The notes beneath the pieces are model-generated. The model made no database searches, had not been told where the DNA came from, and saw only the letters and a list, made by a program, of their open reading frames with translations. Below, in pieces: positions 9,541 through 20,686 of a DNA stretch of 24,328 nucleotides; positions within the stretch are counted from its first letter, which is position 1, and each line of letters starts with the position of its first letter. This DNA is from Octopus sinensis (taxonomy: Eukaryota). The stretch lies in assembly GCF_006345805.1 (NCBI RefSeq), contig NW_021836714.1:1-24328 (forward strand). The letters are read 5' to 3'. A program made the translations under genes and the position numbers.

Positions 9541-9957
9541 GAACGACGAGAGAGTGGGAGCGCCAAGTAGATAGAGAAAAGATTATACAGAGATGAAGGT
9601 GAAGACCAAACCAAATAAAAAAATATAATAAAAACAACATACAATAAATAAAACAATGCGAAACAACAATAGAAAGAAAAAAAAAGCAAAGATTAGCAAC
9701 GGACCTCGAAATGAAATTACAAATCGCAACGGAAGATCGCAAAGCAAGGTTATATCCAACGAGATATAAACTCCCTGTAAGTTTACGAGCCAGCAGCATA
9801 TTGGTTTCTGTGACAGCAATTGCCACATAATTTACCACAAGCAAGCAAGGCCCCGTTGAGGAGCAATGGTCGTTATTCCGCATTGACGAACACGTATTGA
9901 ACGTCGCCATTATTAACTGGTAACAACTCTTAATTTTTAACTCTCCAAATGTGTGTG

Positions 9958-9958
9958 C

Positions 9959-9989
<31 letters not shown>

Positions 9990-10081
9990 TGTTTCTGTTT
10001 CTGTTTCTGCCTGTCTGTCCGTCTGTCTATCTGTCTGTTTATCTCTCGCCCACCTCTCCCTCCCTCTCTCTCTCTCTCTCT

Positions 10082-10112
<31 letters not shown>
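9958..10112. repeat. (CT)n/(CTGT)n tract
   Basis: Seen directly. Confidence 0.9.
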
Positions 10113-10600
10113 CCCTTACGAAATACGGAAAACGACGAACAAGTCATCAGTCCTCGTTCCCGATTAAAACATGTCGGGCCAAACTTTGTAATGACCACGA
10201 GATTAACAAGACGACTGGTACGGTGGTGGGATGGTAGGATGGTGGGATGGTTGGATGATGGGATAGCAGGATGGGGTGGGGGAACAGTGGCAGTAAATGG
10301 TGATGAGGGACGCCGTTGGTTGGCTGTGTTGTGGCATATTGCAGTATGAATGAAGGTGATGGCTTGGACTGACGTAGAATTTGTTTTATACCATCTCGTT
10401 GTTGTTGTGTCAAACATCATTTGTTCATCTTTCGACCTAACAGATAACTATTATTGTTATTGTTGTTGAGGTTATTGTCATTGTTGTTGCTTTCGTTGAT
10501 TTTGTTGCTGTTGCTGTTGGGTGTGCTAATGATGATCAATATGGCCGCCTTTTGGTATGACCGTTTATTTGTGTGTGCATATGTCTAAATTCCAGTGTAT

Positions 10601-10604
<4 letters not shown>

Positions 10605-10674
<70 letters not shown>

Positions 10675-10675
10675 C
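10605..10675. repeat. (GT)n(GA)n microsatellite
   Basis: Seen directly. Confidence 0.95.
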
Positions 10676-10780
10676 GTACATTTTTGACTGAATATACACG
10701 TAAGTGTTGCTCAATTATTCATGGTTGTCTGAATATGTGAACTTGTACTTATCCCGTGTTTACGCTGCCAGCATATTTCA

Positions 10781-10946
10781 TATTTCTTTACTGCCCACAA
10801 GGGGCTAAACACAGAGGGAACACACAAGGACAGACAAACGGATTAAGTCGATTATATCGACCCCAGTGCGTAACTGATACTTATTTAATAGACCCCGAAA
10901 GGATGAAAGGCAAAGTCGACCGCGCCGGAATTTGAACACAGAACGT
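10781..10946 (-). mobile_element. SINE family 1, 5'-truncated
   Basis: Reverse complement of about 8345-8508 with few substitutions. Confidence 0.88.
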
Positions 10947-11165
10947 GTGTGTATGCGTTTGTGTGTTTGTGTTTGTCCCCCCAACATCGCTTGACAACCG
11001 ATGCCGGTGTGTTTACGCCCCCGTAACTTAGCGATTCGGCAAAAGAGTTCGATAGAATAAGTACTAGGCTTACAAAGCTCTGGGGTCGATTTGCTTGACT
11101 AAAGGCGGTGCTCCAGCATGGCCACAGTCAAATGACTGAAACAACTAAAAGTAACAAAAAAGAGT
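10947..11165 (+). mobile_element. SINE family 2, 3' half
   Basis: ccaacatcgcttgacaaccgatg...ggcggtgctccagcatggccacagtcaaatgactgaaac, the reverse complement of 4310-4520. Confidence 0.9.
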
Positions 11166-11167
11166 AA

Positions 11168-11558
11168 ATACATACATACATACATACATACATACATACA
11201 TACATACATACATACATACATACGAGCAATCTCGAGTATAACCAGCGGAAATTGCAAGGATAATCTGGAACTCGACTGAGGAAAGAAAATTCCGAACGAC
11301 CAGTCCTTGTTTTCTTTGTATCGTCTATATGGATGTTTTCTTGTCCCTTTTTGTATCACCTAACTGTCCGGATGTTTTGCGTTCTTGTCCCATTTTGTAT
11401 TTTTTATACATACATACATACATACATACATACATACATACATACATACATACATGCATGCATGCATACATACATACATACATACATACATACATACATA
11501 CATACATACATGCATGCATGCATGCATGCATACATACATACATACATACATACATACA

Positions 11559-11590
<32 letters not shown>

Positions 11591-11600
11591 CGCACACACG
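11168..11600. repeat. Two (TACA)n arrays (11168-11223 and 11405-11590, with TGCA variants) flanking a 180-bp segment
   Basis: Seen directly. Confidence 0.92.
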
Positions 11601-11689
11601 TTATCTAATAACAATATGATTTGGCTCCATGCAAAGTTCCGTAGGAGGCTTGTAAAACGAACCTAGCTCTTCAGGATTAGATAACCGAA

Positions 11690-11855
11690 TGGCGAAAGCT
11701 ATTGATAAATCACACCCAATCTTAAGATAGAAGAAAACACAGGATGATATGCTTCTGTATGCTCTATATTTGAAAAACAGATGGGGCGATAATGACTTGG
11801 GTGTCTTTAACCATAGATCTGCTCAATCAAAATTTGTTTGGGGCTAAAACAACCA
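11690..11855 (-). repeat. Dispersed repeat family 4, degenerate copy
   Basis: Reverse complement ttttagccccaaac...gagcagatctatggttaaagac...ttaagattgggtgtgattt resembles 4830-4998. Confidence 0.45.
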
Positions 11856-12176
11856 AAACAACCTCAACAATTAAGAGAAGAAGAACAACAAAAACGACTA
11901 CGAAAATGATACGGCAAGTGTGCAACGGAACTGAACCCGCGATTCCTGAGTTTATAGCCAGTGCAAAAGCTTTATCTTCTCGGTCAGTTTGTTTTCAGTC
12001 TCATAGAGCAATGGTCGTAAACATTGCTGGTCGCTGGAGCTGTCCCATTAGTTGAGAGGCGGACAACAAGGTTGTAAGGCGAAACATCATACGTCTTAAC
12101 AGTTTTGACCGGAGGTTCTTGACTACTCGACAGTCAATGCTGAATATGTCAATATACGGGCACAACCCCAGCCAAA

Positions 12177-12182
12177 ACACAC

Positions 12183-12228
<46 letters not shown>

Positions 12229-12570
12229 GCGCGCGCAAAGCTACAACAAGCACAATAAACATTCATGTACACACATATATACATAACCACAACAAACACG
12301 CAACCACAAAACCTAATTATAAAATTCACACACACACACACACAGACACATATACACACACATACACACACGTACACGCATACACACACACACACACACA
12401 CATATCATCATCGTCATCATCATCAGCAGCAGCAGCAACGGCAAAGGTGAGCACAATCGTAAACATAACCACAACTGTAATGACAAACACACTGAGCACA
12501 TCACACTTACATAATGTCTACAATCACCACCACCACCACCACCACCACCACGACAACAACACCAACAACA
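12177..12570. repeat. Mixed (CA)n, (CG)n, (CAT)n, (CAG)n and (CAC)n tracts
   Basis: Seen directly. Confidence 0.88.
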
Positions 12571-12789
12571 ATCGTCACCGTCGCCACCATCTTTCTCTGT
12601 ATAGAAAACATGAATGAATCGACGACGCGTGGAATAAACTTTATATAATGAGGTGAAACGGGTGATTTACTGTTCACCTGACAATTAGGTTGTGCATGTG
12701 GCGAGATACGTATGTATGAAACGTGTGTATGCGTGTACTTGACTTACTGTGTCCGTGTGTATGTTCATTAATATGTGTCTCTGAGTCCG

Positions 12790-12802
12790 TGTGCGTGTGT
12801 GT

Positions 12803-12866
<64 letters not shown>

Positions 12867-13119
12867 CGGTGTTGTGCAGACGAGCGTGTTTATAATCATG
12901 GATGTTTGTATGAATATAGAAATTATGACCATAAGTTATAACTAACAATCGATCTGCTCTCTGTGGCCATACTCATTCCAAGATGCCTGTGTGTGTGTGT
13001 GTGTGTGGTGTGTGTGTGTGTGAAAGAGAGGAGAGAGAGAGAGAGAAAGTGAGTCGTTATTCGGGAGTTTCACGTTTCCGCCGATCATACGACTGAATAT
13101 AAAATGTTTGGAGATTGAT

Positions 13120-13152
<33 letters not shown>
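12790..13152. repeat. (GT)n, (GA)n and (AT)n microsatellites
   Basis: Seen directly at 12790-12867, 12988-13047 and 13122-13152. Confidence 0.88.
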
Positions 13153-13154
<2 letters not shown>

Positions 13155-13397
13155 TTTATCTGTTTCAGTCTTTGGACAGCGGTCATGCTGGAGTATCGCC
13201 TAGAAGTGTTCACTCGAACTAATCTACCTAAGTACTAATATTCTTAAAGCCTGGTACTCATTCTATCGGCAGCTTATGTCGAACCGCTAAGTGACGGAGA
13301 CGTAAAAGAAATCAACATCAGTTGTCAAGCGGTTGTGAGAAACAAAGACTTACACAAAGATAGACAGATAAACACACGCACGCCACACACACACACA

Positions 13398-13429
<32 letters not shown>

Positions 13430-13582
13430 ACGACGGGATTCTCCCAGTTTTTGTCTTGCAAATCCACTTAGAAGGCTATGGTCGGCCCGGGGCTATAATA
13501 GAAGACACTTGCCCATGGTGTCACGTAGTGAGGGCGAACCAGGAACATTGTGGCTGGGAAGCAAAGTTATTTCCACTCAGCG
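13153..13582 (-). mobile_element. SINE family 2, near full length and diverged
   Basis: tgtttcagtc...catgctggagtatcgcc...cgaaccgctaag...gttgtcaagcgg...gaagacacttgcccatggtgtcacg is collinear with 4325-4700. Confidence 0.88.
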
Positions 13583-13584
13583 AC

Positions 13585-14134
13585 GCACACACGTTACACA
13601 CACACATACACAACACATGCGCTCGCACGCACACACACACACACACCACACACAACACACACACGACACACACACACACACCACACACAGGACACACAAC
13701 ACATACACACACACACACGACGACACACGTTACACACGCATACACAACACACGCACTCGCACGCACACACACACATGGCACACACACGACACACACACAC
13801 GCACGCACACGCACGAACACGACACTCACACACACGATACACACATACACAACACACGCGCTCGCACACACACACACACATGGCACACACACGACACACA
13901 CACACGCACGCACACCACACTCATACACACACATACACGATACACACACACGCACGACACACACACACACACGGCTCACACACTCACACACGACACACAC
14001 ACGCACACGCACGAACACGACACTCACACACACGATACACACACACATACATGACACGCACACGCACGCACACCACACTCACATACGCACACACACCACA
14101 CTCATGCCACACACACACACACACACACGCACAC

Positions 14135-14171
<37 letters not shown>

Positions 14172-14180
14172 AACAAACAC
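13585..14180. repeat. CA-rich complex minisatellite with recurring ~100-bp blocks
   Basis: Blocks such as acatggcacacacgac and cgcacgaacacgacactcacacacgatacac recur. Confidence 0.85.
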
Positions 14181-14639
14181 GGACGCTCATATATCTATCA
14201 TTCTCATTAGAGTAACGTATAAATGCATTTTATGTACACAGATAGACAGTGGTATCATAGAAGGTTGTTTAAACATCGTTTTTCCCTTGCGCTCGTATAT
14301 ACACATCCTAAATATCGTCTTTATATATGTTACATACATAACAATGGGTCTACGACTCAACAAACATCGTCATCTTGGTCACGTGTCTTCATTTCCGTTT
14401 CTTTTCCTCCGTCTTTCATTTATTTTTCATACATCTTATTTTTTTTTTTTACCTTTCTTACGTTCGTTATTGCTTTAATTGTTCCTTTTCTTAACAACAC
14501 CTGACACCCGAACGATGATCTGATTAACACCGTACACACACGCGCACGTGCACACGCGCGCGCGCGCGCGACCACGCAAAAGCCCAATGCAGACACACAG
14601 ATGCAAAAGCACTCGCAACACAGAGAAATATACATATGT

Positions 14640-14693
14640 ATGTGTGTATATCGATATACATATTATATATATGTATGTATATATGATATATAT

Positions 14694-14754
<61 letters not shown>

Positions 14755-14792
14755 TGTATATATATATAGCAAGAGAGAGAGAGGGGGGGGAG

Positions 14793-14869
<77 letters not shown>

Positions 14870-14914
14870 GATGATAGATAGATAGATAGATAGATGGATG
14901 GATAGGTAGATAGG

Positions 14915-14981
<67 letters not shown>

Positions 14982-15062
14982 GTAGATAGGTAGATAGATA
15001 GATGAATATAAATATATATATAGATGTATATAAATATATATATATATAAATATACATATATA
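14640..15062. repeat. (TA)n and (GATA)n arrays
   Basis: Seen directly. The GATA run spans about 14795-15002. Confidence 0.95.
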
Positions 15063-16254
15063 AATACATTCACACATGCACATAAGTGTGTGTGTGTTCG
15101 TATGTACGCGCGCGTTTGTCTACGTGCGTATTTGAGCGTGCGTGCGTGTATTGTCTTGCATTCTATGCGGCCGTGTTACCGATGGGAAACGAAGACATAT
15201 GGACTGGGGGGAGCTGGATGCGCATAAGCCCGCTACACACTGTAATTGTTATGATTAATGAAATATTGAAAACAAGCCAAATTATCTCAATCTGTTAGCA
15301 CAAACTTACGAAAAATTGCTTACGTAGGCAGTTAGGTGAAGAGGTCAGATCATCTCATTATATCTCCTTCCCCAGCAAAATTAACTTACACCTGTTGTGC
15401 CTAACATTTGTCAATGATTATGTTACCTTTAAGAAGCATTTATTTGTTATGTAAATGAAAACTTTTCAAAGAAAGTTGGAAGGAATGTTAAGCTTCCACC
15501 CGCCTGTCAGCTATTTGCAAAACCATAGCGGTGTTGCGCAGGCCTATCATCATCATTGTTCGACCGTGGTCGAGACTTTCATAGTCTTTTCAAATGGCTA
15601 ATAATGTGTGCGCGCGCCACTACTACACACATTGGAAAGCATTGTACAACCAAGTACTAAAGAAGATCTTTCTCCTCCATGAAACAAAGCTGTTCCCGCT
15701 GGACGTCAACCAGTATTTCTAAGCTAACGGACCCAGTGATTTATTGTAAGGTTATCTCCCTAGATAGATTGCCTTCACTACGGCTAAGGAGCCCTTTCTA
15801 CCCCATTTCTACCCGCAGGCCTAAGTAAGTGTCGATCGTGGTAACACAAAGGCATCACAGCCAGGAATACTTGTCTCCCAGGCTATATAACAATTCTTTT
15901 GACCAAAACATAAACTATACAGTTGATCTGAAGGAAAATCAATGCAAAATACGCTACTCCCCTTAGCTTGGTTTATTCATGATAAATTAATGGTTTCTTA
16001 CATATTTCAGCATACAGCTGCAGTAGTGTATTCACATGCAGAGAATCCTGCATGTTTCCACACACAAAAACCACTTCGAAATATTTTTCTTTAAATGTAT
16101 GGTGATGCATACTAAATCGTTCCCTCACCCCTCGCAACAATATCCCTGTAAAATAGGGTTGCATCCTATGCGACAATGCGCCTTATGCGCCAGCAAATGC
16201 AAAAACGGTTCACATGCATTCACACACATATACAAAGCATTCATCATGTTAAAC

Positions 16255-16423
16255 CGTTATTCCCTACACATTTTTTTTCGTCTCTCCGTTTTTTCGTTCT
16301 CTCTCAATTTTTCTCTCTCATCCCTTTTTCTCGAAGAGCGTAGGTTCGAAACGTCAAACTAATACTCCTGCTTGTTGTTCTCTCAGCTGTCTTCGTCTTT
16401 TAGTTTCTGTTAATTGGAACTAT
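16255..16423 (+). mobile_element. Possible Penelope-like element terminal fragment
   Basis: A pyrimidine-rich run, then tcgaagagcgtaggttcgaaacgtc (resembling the CTGAAGA...CGAAACGT core of PLE termini), ending at a microsatellite. Motif recall only. Confidence 0.3.
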
Positions 16424-16540
16424 ATCCATCCATCCATCCATCCATCCATCCATCCATCCATCCATGGATGCATACATACATACATACATACATACATACA
16501 TAATACATACATACATACATACATACATACATACATACAA
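16424..16540. repeat. (ATCC)n followed by (TACA)n
   Basis: Seen directly. Confidence 0.93.
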
Positions 16541-17120
16541 ATAGATATATAAGCTCTGTGTGAAGAAAAATAAATCTGGCTAAAAAAAAACTGACCTGTG
16601 ATAGCCGGAGAAATCTATATAATTCGTACTTTAACACACAGTAACCGGGCCATTTTGTAAATCGAAAGTTTAGTCATCAAGCAAAATGTGTATTGTGTTA
16701 CAGGGTATCATAGAAAAGGCATATAGCTAATACATTATTCCAGCTTACGAGTGTTTCCGATAAGATCGGAGAATCATAGCTCCCACAACATAATATTCAC
16801 ATTTATTGATCGATTCCATAATTAGACGATTGAATAAGGTAGAGAAAAGATTCATTCCTCTTATCTTCTTCAGAGCTAAACAATCCCGGCTGCGATGGAG
16901 AATGGCTGGCCAAAGTAGTGGTCTTATGGGAAACAGGTGTAAGCTGAAATAATGTAGAAATATCCACTACTTTAGTAGATTTTCCCTTACTCACTTTTTC
17001 AGAAACTGTTGTCGCCTTGCAATACTCCCGGAGATAGAGTTCTGGTGCCAAAGGATATAAGTCTTAACTTAACCCTTGCTCGGTACATTTTGTCGATTTT
17101 TTCACAGCAACCACAAACCG

Positions 17121-17121
<1 letters not shown>

Positions 17122-17202
<81 letters not shown>

Positions 17203-17207
17203 TAGAC

Positions 17208-17274
<67 letters not shown>

Positions 17275-17279
17275 TAGAC

Positions 17280-17351
<72 letters not shown>

Positions 17352-17352
17352 C

Positions 17353-17407
<55 letters not shown>
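17122..17407. repeat. (GATA)n/(GACA)n array with two GACA blocks
   Basis: Seen directly. Confidence 0.97.
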
Positions 17408-17422
17408 GTATATATACATGTA

Positions 17423-17639
17423 CGAGGGCGTGCTGAATAGTTCCTGGGTTTAAGGGCGTCTGAAAGGCCTGGTTAGAGGTTTAACCTTCCGAGTTCTTTT
17501 GCAGGGCTTAGAAAATCTGAAGGACCACCACAATAAATGTGGTGAATCTGAGAGGAGAATATGGTAAATGAAATCATAATTAACTGATCCGCCTGTATTT
17601 TCTGTTACCCAAAGCCACGAACGTTTCAGTCCCTCTTCG
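17423..17639 (+). mobile_element. Short mariner-derived MITE
   Basis: TA|cgagggcgtgctgaatagttcctgg ... ccacgaacgtttcagtccctcttcg|TA, i.e. degenerate TIRs with TA at both ends. The internal gggcttagaaaatctgaaggaccacc...aatctgagaggagaatatg resembles a mariner C-terminus (GLE.L...C.NLRGEY). Confidence 0.7.
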
Positions 17640-17676
17640 TACATACTAATATATATTATTAAAAAATTTATATGTG

Positions 17677-17955
17677 AGGATGCATGGCCTAGTGGTTTGG
17701 GTGTTGCTCACACGATCGCGAGATTGTGGTTTCAATTCCAGGACCGGGTTGTGGTGCGTTGCGTTCTTGAGCAAAACACTTCATGTCATATTGCTCTGCC
17801 TCACTTCGACACCCGACGCGAGGTACACCGTTCACCTATGCAAGTGAAGTCGATCTGATGGCGAGAGTGAACTAATGTACAACGCATACATTTGATCATA
17901 AACGGCGGTGCGTCAGCATGGCCGCAGCTCTGAGCTGAAACTGGAGAGAAAAAAA
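17677..17955 (+). mobile_element. tRNA-derived SINE, family 3
   Basis: A-box tggcctagtgg (17685-17695), B-box-like ggtttcaattcc (17728-17739), CORE-like ttcttgagcaaaacacttc. The tail ggcggtgcgtcagcatggccgcagc...ctgaaac is shared with family 2. Confidence 0.75.
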
Positions 17956-17985
17956 TATATAAAAATATATATGTACGTATATATA

Positions 17986-18727
17986 TGAGGAGGTACTAAA
18001 AAATAACCGGAAACATTCCATGTGGGACAAACCCGTTGTAGTTCAGGCTTCCGCGCAAGAAGTCACTTGATGCAACCCTCAGGCATCAGTCTGCCGACCA
18101 GCGTTTTCGAGTGAAGTTGTACTACCACATGGTGTGTCTTTGTTTTGCAGTGTTTCTCCTCTGTTCGTCGATTTTTGGCGAAGGGATGGAATGAAGGAAC
18201 AGCGTGCTTCTGTGAAATTGGTTTTTTTTTTTTTGCTTTTTTTTTCTGCAGAAAACGGTGGTCGAAACATTTGTCATGCTTCAAACAGCTTACAAGGAAG
18301 CTGCCATGAGCAAAACGCAAGTTTACGAATGGTTTTCACGCATTTGGTATGGTCTCGTGTCGCTTGGAGACCAAGCTCGTTCAAGACGACCGTCGATCTC
18401 CCGAACGAATAAAAACCCGAAAATGCATGAACTGATCTTGGAGGGCCGTCACCAAAACAATTGACTAACTCGTTGATATGACTGGTATGTCCTGGAGCTC
18501 CTGCCAATGAATTTTGAGCGTAAAACTATGAATGAAAAAAGTTGCACAAAAGTTTGTGCCTCGCTTGCTCACGGAAGATCAAAGACAGTCGTGGCTGAAT
18601 GTGTGTCCCCCGCTTACCAACCATCCCTATTCATCCGTTCATGCTCCCTGTGACATTTCTTTTGTTCTTCCAAACGAAAGAAAGTTCTTAAAGGAAAACG
18701 TTTTGCAGATGCAGAAGAGGTGAAGAA

Positions 18728-18729
<2 letters not shown>
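17986..18729 (+). mobile_element. Decayed mariner, left part (TIR, HTH region, deleted DDD core)
   Basis: TIR tgaggaggtactaaaaaataaccggaa after TA. Frameshifted transposase: MKEQRASVK, VMLQTAYKEAAMSKTQVYEWFSR, KFVPRLLTEDQRQSWLNVC, HPYSSVHAPCD (degenerate YSPDLAP.D), and GKRFADAEEVKK. Confidence 0.9.
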
Positions 18730-18817
<88 letters not shown>

Positions 18818-18879
18818 CATTATTATTATCATTATTATTATTATCATTATTATTATCATTATTATTATCATTATTATTA

Positions 18880-18929
<50 letters not shown>
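18730..18929. repeat. (AAT)n switching to (ATT/ATC)n, a self-complementary tract
   Basis: Seen directly. The same architecture recurs at 19381-19578. Confidence 0.95.
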
Positions 18930-19376
18930 GGGCTACAGCAAACATTCTGCTCAATACCACATATTTGCTTGTCAGTTGTTTGACCTTAACCAGTTGAGCT
19001 GACGATATGTGCATCACTGATCATGAGCAGAAGTAGTGGGGGAGCATCATAGCTGTGTGTTGAGAGGGATTCTTTGGGATTTGAATAGTTCACCTCTGGA
19101 AACATGGGTGGTTCTTTCAACATCCTTAAACAACCCTTATTCAGGGACCGTTTGAGCGGGATGGGCTACTCAACCTGAAGAAAAAATTCTAACTGGGCCC
19201 CACCTGCAAGGTCATGTGCTGTTTATCTTGATATGAGATCGCCATGTCGCGCACATATGGTTGTGATGCATGTGCCTGTGTACCCTTATCAGACGGGTAG
19301 TCATGAGGTATATTGGGCTTCGTATATTTTAACCCCAGTGTCACTTTGATGGCATGAACTGCGCTCTTTCACTCAA
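18930..19376 (+). mobile_element. (TAA)n-tailed non-coding element, copy 1 (short form)
   Basis: gggctacagcaaa...ctttcactcaa. Four homologous copies lie in tandem. Confidence 0.85.
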
Positions 19377-19521
19377 TGGTAAATAATGAATAATAATAAT
19401 AATATAATAATAATAATAATAATTATTATTATTATTATATTATTATTATTATTATCTTTATTATATCATTATTATTATTATCATTATTATTATCATTATT
19501 ATCATTGTCATTATTATTATC

Positions 19522-19578
<57 letters not shown>

Positions 19579-20022
19579 GGGCTACAGCAAATATTCTGCT
19601 CAATACCACATATTTGCTTGTCAGTTGTTTGACCTTAACCAGTTGAGCTGACGATATGTGCATCACTGATCATGAGCAGAAGTAGTGGGGGAGCATCATA
19701 GCTGTGTGTTGAAAGGAATTCTTGGAGGTTTGGATAATTCACCTTTGGAAGCATGGGTGGTTCGTTCAACATCCTTAAACAACCCTTATTCAGGGACCGT
19801 TTGAGCGGGATGGGCTACTCAACCTGAAGAAAATTCTAACTGGGCCCCACCTGCAAGGTCATATGCTGTTTATCTTGATATGAGATCGCCATATCGCGCA
19901 CATATGGTTGTGATGCATGTGCCTGGTGTACCCTTATCAGACGCGTAGTCATGATGGGTATATTGGGCTTCGTATATTTTACCCCAGTGTCACTTTGATG
20001 GCATGAACTGCTCTCTCAACTC

Positions 20023-20024
<2 letters not shown>
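19579..20024 (+). mobile_element. (TAA)n-tailed element, copy 2 (short form)
   Basis: Same 5' start and same 15-bp deletion as copy 1. Followed by (TAA)n. Confidence 0.85.
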
Positions 20025-20092
<68 letters not shown>

Positions 20093-20098
20093 CATCAT

Positions 20099-20660
20099 AA
20101 ATGCCCTGATGCAGTACCAGACAGTGGATCTCATGGCTTCTGATCTTAACTGATTGGAAGTGTTATCATGTACATTGTTTTGTCTTGGTATAAAAGATGG
20201 GCTACAGCAAATATTCTGCTCAATACCACAGATTTGCTTGTCAGTTGTTTGACCTTAACCAGTTGAGCATGTCCCTTAGTGGCTGACGATATGTGCATCT
20301 CTGATCACAGAGCAAAAGTATGGGGGAGCATCATGGCCATGTGTTGGGGGGGATTCTTTGGGGTTTGGATAATTCACCTCTGGAAACATGGGTGGTTCTT
20401 TCAACATCCTTAAACAACCCTTATTCAGAGACCTTTTGAGCGGGATGGGCTACTCAACCTGAAGAAATTTCTAACTGGGCCCCACCTGCAAGGTCATGTG
20501 CTCTGTTTATCTTGATATGAGATCACCATGTCGCGCACATATGGTTGTGATGCATGTGCCTGGTGTATCTTTATCGGACGGGTAGTCATGATGGGTATAT
20601 TGGGCTTCGTATATTTTACCCCAGTGTCACTTTGATGGCATGCACTGCTCTCTCACTCAA
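20099..20660 (+). mobile_element. (TAA)n-tailed element, copy 3 (long form)
   Basis: Has about 100 bp of extra 5' sequence (aaatgccctgatgcagtacc...) and retains atgtcccttagtggc (20269-20283). (TAA)n on both sides. Confidence 0.85.
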
Positions 20661-20686
20661 TAATAATAATAATAATAATAATAATG

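Noticed and set aside
9386-10420. 344-aa minus-strand ORF
   Set aside because: Runs through GA and TA/TG microsatellites. No recognisable motif in the unique parts.
11792-12055. KRRRTT in an 87-aa ORF as a homeodomain N-terminal arm
   Set aside because: No helix residues or WFQNRR follow, and it overlaps a dispersed repeat.
16150-16205. Possible Tc1/pogo MITE right end (gcgccttatgcgccagcaaatgc)
   Set aside because: No matching left TIR could be identified.
16803-17051. 82-aa minus-strand ORF ([12 protein letters not shown]...)
   Set aside because: No motif I recognise, a TTG-type start, and no splice support.
16978-17060. Acceptor-like tactcactttttcAG near 17001
   Set aside because: In the phase required by the 2245 donor it stops after about 11 codons ([11 protein letters not shown]).
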